From NCBI GenBank assembly GCA_041570195.1, contig JBFFWQ010000018.1, positions 466-64,465 on the forward strand: 64,000 nucleotides of DNA, written 5' to 3'. The DNA is from Candidatus Promineifilaceae bacterium. GTDB lineage: Bacteria > Chloroflexota > Anaerolineae > Promineifilales > Promineifilaceae. Of the stretch, positions 60,575 to 64,000 are shown in pieces. Both the position numbers and the translations under genes were made by a program. Below the pieces are notes generated by a model that saw nothing but the letters and a program-made list of their open reading frames with translations, ran no database searches and was not told the origin of the DNA. Positions within the stretch are counted from its first letter, which is position 1, and the number at the start of each line of letters is the position of its first letter.

Positions 60575-62056
60575 TTACTTCTGGTACCGGGTCAACTCTT
60601 CTCGCATACCATCGGCGAAGAAGTTCAGGCCAATGACCAGACTGGCTACGGCGATGGCCGGCCAGACAACGCCGGCCGGGTTGGCGAAAATGAACTGGCG
60701 GGCATCGGCAACCATGGTGCCCCAATCTGGATCCGGAGGCGGCAGCCCCAGCCCCAAGAAACCCAGGGTGCCGATAGCAAAAATCGCATAACCCACCCGT
60801 AACATGGCATCAACCAGAATCGGACCTCGGGCGTTGGGCAAGATCTCTCTGAGCATAATATAGCCGACGCTCTCGCCGCGCGTCTCGGCGGCGCGAATAT
60901 AGTCGCGCGTCTTGATGTCAAGCGCCAGGCTGCGCACCAGGCGAGCGACGCCCGGAGTGCCAGTGATGGTAATGGCCAGGATCACAACCAAAGCCCGCGT
61001 CTCCTGGTCCGCCCCGGCCAAGGCGCCGATCAATACCAAGTAGAGGACGATCACCGGAAAAGCGATCAGGGCGTCTAAGCCCTGCATAATCGTCTGGTCC
61101 CACCAACCGCCCCGGTAGCCGGCGTTTAGGCCGAGTATCGAACCAACGAGTAGTGAGCCGATCACTCCCCATATGGCCACACCAATCGGAATTGAAAATG
61201 GCGGCAACATCCTTGATTGCAATGCGGTCGAGTTTCCGACAAAGGCCAGTACGAGGGCCGCCAACAGGCTAATGGTCCAGACTCGCATCGGATCGGTCAA
61301 GCCCAGGGCCTTGGCTCGGATCCATCCGAATAAGAAGAGGCTTACATATAAGATGGCCAGCGTCATGATAAACGGTGTGTAGAAAGCCACCGTTATTACC
61401 CTATCACCTATCCGGATGGTATCGGGCAATACAAACAACAAGACCAGGCTGGCGATGAACCACACGGCGGCCAGGATGAACAACTGCAGCCGGTATCCGA
61501 TTTGGGCCAGGGCCGATAACAAGGCAACGGGGCCTAAAAGGCTGACCACAAAGGCTATCGCTGCCGCGGCAATAAGATAATTGCCAAGCGGCATTGCCGG
61601 AAAATCAGTTTTGAGCAGGACCGGTTGGGTTCCGACCATGATTCGGGAAAGGGCATCTCTACCTAAATTGTCCGTGCCAAGCAAGTTGGGCGTAGCGGTT
61701 TGAAGTAGCCAGCCAACGATGACGATTTCGATCAGCACCAGAATAAACAATCCACCCATCTTGATATTACGGTGTATATTCGATATTGCTAGACCAATTA
61801 CGCCGGCGGCAACTACCAAGAAGCTGACCAGGAAAGTGGCGTTTGGTGGCAGCTGTTGTGTGAACATGGAGGCATTCTCAGGGAAAGGCGTCCAGAACAA
61901 GGAAATGATGCCCACAATTACCCAAAAGGCTACGATGATCAAACCCACGGTTGCGATCCGTGACTCAAAGATAATTGAGAGATTCTTCCAGGTTCTTAGC
62001 CAGACAGACGGCCGCGGCGGCGTACGTATCAGTGATTCTTCAGCAGCCATGGTCAC
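60575..62056 (-). CDS. ABC permease (DppC/OppC-like) with about 6 extra predicted TM segments
   Basis: 493 aa. LLGTDNLGRDALSRI and the EAA-type loop YIRAAETRGES are present. There are extra hydrophobic segments before LLGTDN and between VGTQ and NAGYRGGWWD. Confidence 0.85.
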   Translation of the reverse strand: MTMAAEESLIRTPPRPSVWLRTWKNLSIIFESRIATVGLIIVAFWVIVGIISLFWTPFPENASMFTQQLPPNATFLVSFLVVAAGVIGLAISNIHRNIKMGGLFILVLIEIVIVGWLLQTATPNLLGTDNLGRDALSRIMVGTQPVLLKTDFPAMPLGNYLIAAAAIAFVVSLLGPVALLSALAQIGYRLQLFILAAVWFIASLVLLFVLPDTIRIGDRVITVAFYTPFIMTLAILYVSLFLFGWIRAKALGLTDPMRVWTISLLAALVLAFVGNSTALQSRMLPPFSIPIGVAIWGVIGSLLVGSILGLNAGYRGGWWDQTIMQGLDALIAFPVIVLYLVLIGALAGADQETRALVVILAITITGTPGVARLVRSLALDIKTRDYIRAAETRGESVGYIMLREILPNARGPILVDAMLRVGYAIFAIGTLGFLGLGLPPPDPDWGTMVADARQFIFANPAGVVWPAIAVASLVIGLNFFADGMREELTRYQK

Positions 62057-62103
62057 TTCTCCAATGCTTGAAGATTGCAGTAATGCTTCTGGTCGTTCTA
62101 TCG

Positions 62104-63402
62104 CTACGCATAACGAATCCGTGGGTTGAGCATGGTGTAGGCGAAATCTCCGATCAGTCGCGTACCGACGGCGATAACGACGGTGATCATCGCCGCTGCT
62201 TCCACGGCGTTATAATCGCCAAAGACGGCCGCATCATAGATGTACTTACCCAGACCGGGATAGCCAAAAATGACCTCGACGACCACGATGCCGCCGATCA
62301 GCCAGTTGACATGGAGCATGATCACGGTTATTGGAGCCAACAGAGCATTTCGCAAAGCATGGCGGAGGACGATCCGGCTTCGAGGCATTCCTTTGATAGT
62401 GGCCGTGCGAATATAGGGCGCATCCATCACCTCGACCATGCTGGCCCGGGTCATGCGGGCCACGTAGCCTAGCTCCACAGCCGTTAGTGTGAGCACCGGC
62501 AGGATCAGAATCGAGGGATTTTCAAAGACGCAGTTGGGACTGGTACAGATGGCCACGGCAGGCACCAAGTCAAGCCAGATGCCCAGGATCAGGATCAAAA
62601 AGATGCCGGTAACAAATTCCGGCGTTGCCGTGGCGCCCAAACTGAGCGTCGAAATGGTGCGGTCGATGGCCTTGCCTTCGTTGATGCCGGCCAGGATGCC
62701 AAAGAAGAGGGCCAGCGGCATAATGATGATGAAGGCCACACCCGCCAATACCAGCGTATTGCGTAGGCGGGGTCCCAATGTCAAGGCGACGGGGCGGCCG
62801 TATTGCAGGGACTCGCCCGGATCACCGCGTATAATGCCTTTACGTAGCGGGATATATTCCTGGGGTCCGTCACCCTCCTGGCGCAGACCGGCTTTGGTTA
62901 AAACCCAGACCGTCTCCCCCGAACCCCGGACCCATTTTACCGCCCGGTTATTGTCGTCAACGCCCCAGAAAACTTCGGACCCATCCTCTTCAGGCACCCA
63001 GTCAATGCTGATGATTCGGGTAGCGACGTCTCCATCTGGCTGGAGCTGCTGCGTCATCAGCCGGCCGTCTTCCATCTTCCAGCGAGTAAATGTGCCATCC
63101 ACGTCGGCCCACCATACCAGCTCGCCGGTGGCCTGGTTGCTAACGGCCACCAGGTCATAGCCTACCCTGTCCTCAGCCCGCCACTCGCTGCCTATAAGCC
63201 AATCGAGGTAACGCTGTTCAGGCGGAGAATCTAAGCCGAGTTGAGCTTTGTAAGATGCCAGCTGCTCTTCCGTGGCAAATACGCCCAGGATTCGCAGGGC
63301 GATGTTATCAGTTCGGGTTTCCAGCAATAAGAACAGGAAGATCGAGACCAAGAGCATGGTCACGACGGCGGAAATGGCGCTGCGGCCGAGAAAACGAGCC
63401 AT
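62104..63402 (-). CDS. ABC permease (DppB/OppB-like) with an insertion of about 120 aa in the first extracytoplasmic loop
   Basis: 432 aa. Canonical N-terminus and YLDWLIG, then a Trp-rich hydrophilic insert, before GDPGESLQYGRPV resumes the family pattern. Confidence 0.85.
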   Translation of the reverse strand: MARFLGRSAISAVVTMLLVSIFLFLLLETRTDNIALRILGVFATEEQLASYKAQLGLDSPPEQRYLDWLIGSEWRAEDRVGYDLVAVSNQATGELVWWADVDGTFTRWKMEDGRLMTQQLQPDGDVATRIISIDWVPEEDGSEVFWGVDDNNRAVKWVRGSGETVWVLTKAGLRQEGDGPQEYIPLRKGIIRGDPGESLQYGRPVALTLGPRLRNTLVLAGVAFIIIMPLALFFGILAGINEGKAIDRTISTLSLGATATPEFVTGIFLILILGIWLDLVPAVAICTSPNCVFENPSILILPVLTLTAVELGYVARMTRASMVEVMDAPYIRTATIKGMPRSRIVLRHALRNALLAPITVIMLHVNWLIGGIVVVEVIFGYPGLGKYIYDAAVFGDYNAVEAAAMITVVIAVGTRLIGDFAYTMLNPRIRYA

Positions 63403-63496
63403 GCGTTTACTCCTTCGATAGCTGACCTTTGATATATGCTCCAGTAGAGCTACGGGTCAAACCATCGTTTAAGGGGATGTAGAACTGCCCAAACAC

Positions 63497-63526
63497 CCCG
63501 AGACTTGGCTGTGACCAAGTCTCGGG
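63497..63526 (-). repeat. perfect 12-bp stem / 6-nt loop hairpin in the SBP-permease intergenic region
   Basis: CCCGAGACTTGG-CTGTGA-CCAAGTCTCGGG; all pairs verified by hand. Confidence 0.6.
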
Positions 63527-63545
63527 CGACGAGATCGGAGGGATA

Positions 63546-63575
63546 AGATGGCCTGCCCGTATAGGCAGGCCATCT
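63546..63575 (-). repeat. second perfect 12-bp stem / 6-nt loop hairpin, 10 nt downstream of the SBP stop codon
   Basis: AGATGGCCTGCC-CGTATA-GGCAGGCCATCT, verified by hand. No T-tract follows on the minus strand. Confidence 0.6.
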
Positions 63576-63585
63576 AACTCTGAAT

Positions 63586-64000
63586 TTACGCCTTATTAGG
63601 ATTTTCCCAGACGTCGAAAAACAGGTCGTAAGCCGTTGGATGCGATACGACGTTTTCGAATCGCTTGTGGGTGATATTCCAGACCTTCTTCCAGTAACTA
63701 TTGCCGATGGGGCCCCGTTCTTGCATGATGTCTTCGATCTGGCACATGATGCTTCGCCGAGTTTCGACATCCAGGGTGGCCTGCGCTTCGCGCAATAGCC
63801 CCTCGAATTCATCGTCGAACCAGCGAGTTTCATTCCAGGCGCCGATGCCTTCTTCAATGTAAGCCAGCGGTAAGACCATGATGCCCAACGGCCGGTGAGT
63901 CCAGGAGGTAATGCCCAGATCGACCTCGGTCCAGCGGTCCCAGTAGCCGGATGCCTCGGTGATATCCAGGGTGATGTCGAAGCCGGCCGGTAAAGCCAGT
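63586..64000 (-). CDS. ABC transporter substrate-binding protein, family 5 (peptide/opine/nickel type), C-terminal part; 5' end lies outside the window
   Basis: The frame is open from 63586 to the window edge; I translated 63889-63999 by hand and found no stop. C-terminus ...WFDDEFEGLLREAQATLDVETRRSIMCQIEDIMQERGP... is typical of family-5 SBPs. Confidence 0.8.
   Translation of the reverse strand, partial: LALPAGFDITLDITEASGYWDRWTEVDLGITSWTHRPLGIMVLPLAYIEEGIGAWNETRWFDDEFEGLLREAQATLDVETRRSIMCQIEDIMQERGPIGNSYWKKVWNITHKRFENVVSHPTAYDLFFDVWENPNKA

Noticed and set aside
1-64000. CRISPR arrays, rRNA, insertion sequences, toxin-antitoxin pairs or known defence-system genes.
   Set aside because: I found no regularly spaced direct repeats, no transposase or reverse-transcriptase-like ORFs, and no nuclease/ATPase defence signatures. 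The only mobile-element trace is the integrase remnant at 2276-2453.

Overview
This 64-kb window (roughly mid-50s % GC by eye, GGAGG-type RBSs) is almost entirely a catabolic island for methylated and quaternary amines. There is no rRNA, CRISPR array or intact mobile element. I see five blocks.

(1) 1-2669: two SRPBCC-type genes, a decayed tyrosine-integrase remnant with a tRNA 3'-fragment-like scar, and tRNA-Arg(TCT).

(2) 27022 down to 2670, a roughly 24-kb minus-strand array: MttB-family methyltransferase, DUF1638, soxBDAG, an 1100-aa amidotransferase with four SIS domains, LLM oxidoreductase, PrpD-like, YbaK-like, two DAO-type flavoproteins, an internally deleted Fe-ADH, an orphan 461-aa protein, a second MttB, tungsten-type aldehyde:ferredoxin oxidoreductase, an enolase-superfamily protein and a class-III-like Zn-ADH.

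(3) 27250-40443, plus strand: GntR regulator, third MttB, dimethylglycine-dehydrogenase-like enzyme, EtfBA, GNAT, a small 'virulence-factor'-like protein, RACo/RamA-like corrinoid activase, the only corrinoid protein in the window, a MetV-like/MetF pair and a methyl-THF:corrinoid methyltransferase.

(4) 45699 down to 40444: IclR regulator, orphan 210-aa protein, fourth MttB, DAO flavoprotein and a leaderless PhnD-like binding protein. This is followed on the plus strand by a DUF58/transglutaminase pair.

(5) 64000 down to 49771: an Opp/Dpp-type ABC importer with enlarged permeases, a CBS-ACT protein, a methylaspartate-ammonia-lyase-like protein with substituted catalytic residues, a MetE-like Zn methyltransferase, a divergent fifth MttB behind a structured leader, a cytoplasmic molybdopterin oxidoreductase and a second methyl-THF:corrinoid methyltransferase.

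The most notable points are:
- five amber-free MttB paralogs that share one corrinoid protein and one activase;
- the uncharacterised MAL-like/MetE-like/MttB/Mo-enzyme block;
- the double-length GlmS-like protein inside the sox operon;
- poly-arginine termini on eight components of the methyl-transfer machinery.

All family assignments come from motif recognition by eye and memory. No searches were run.
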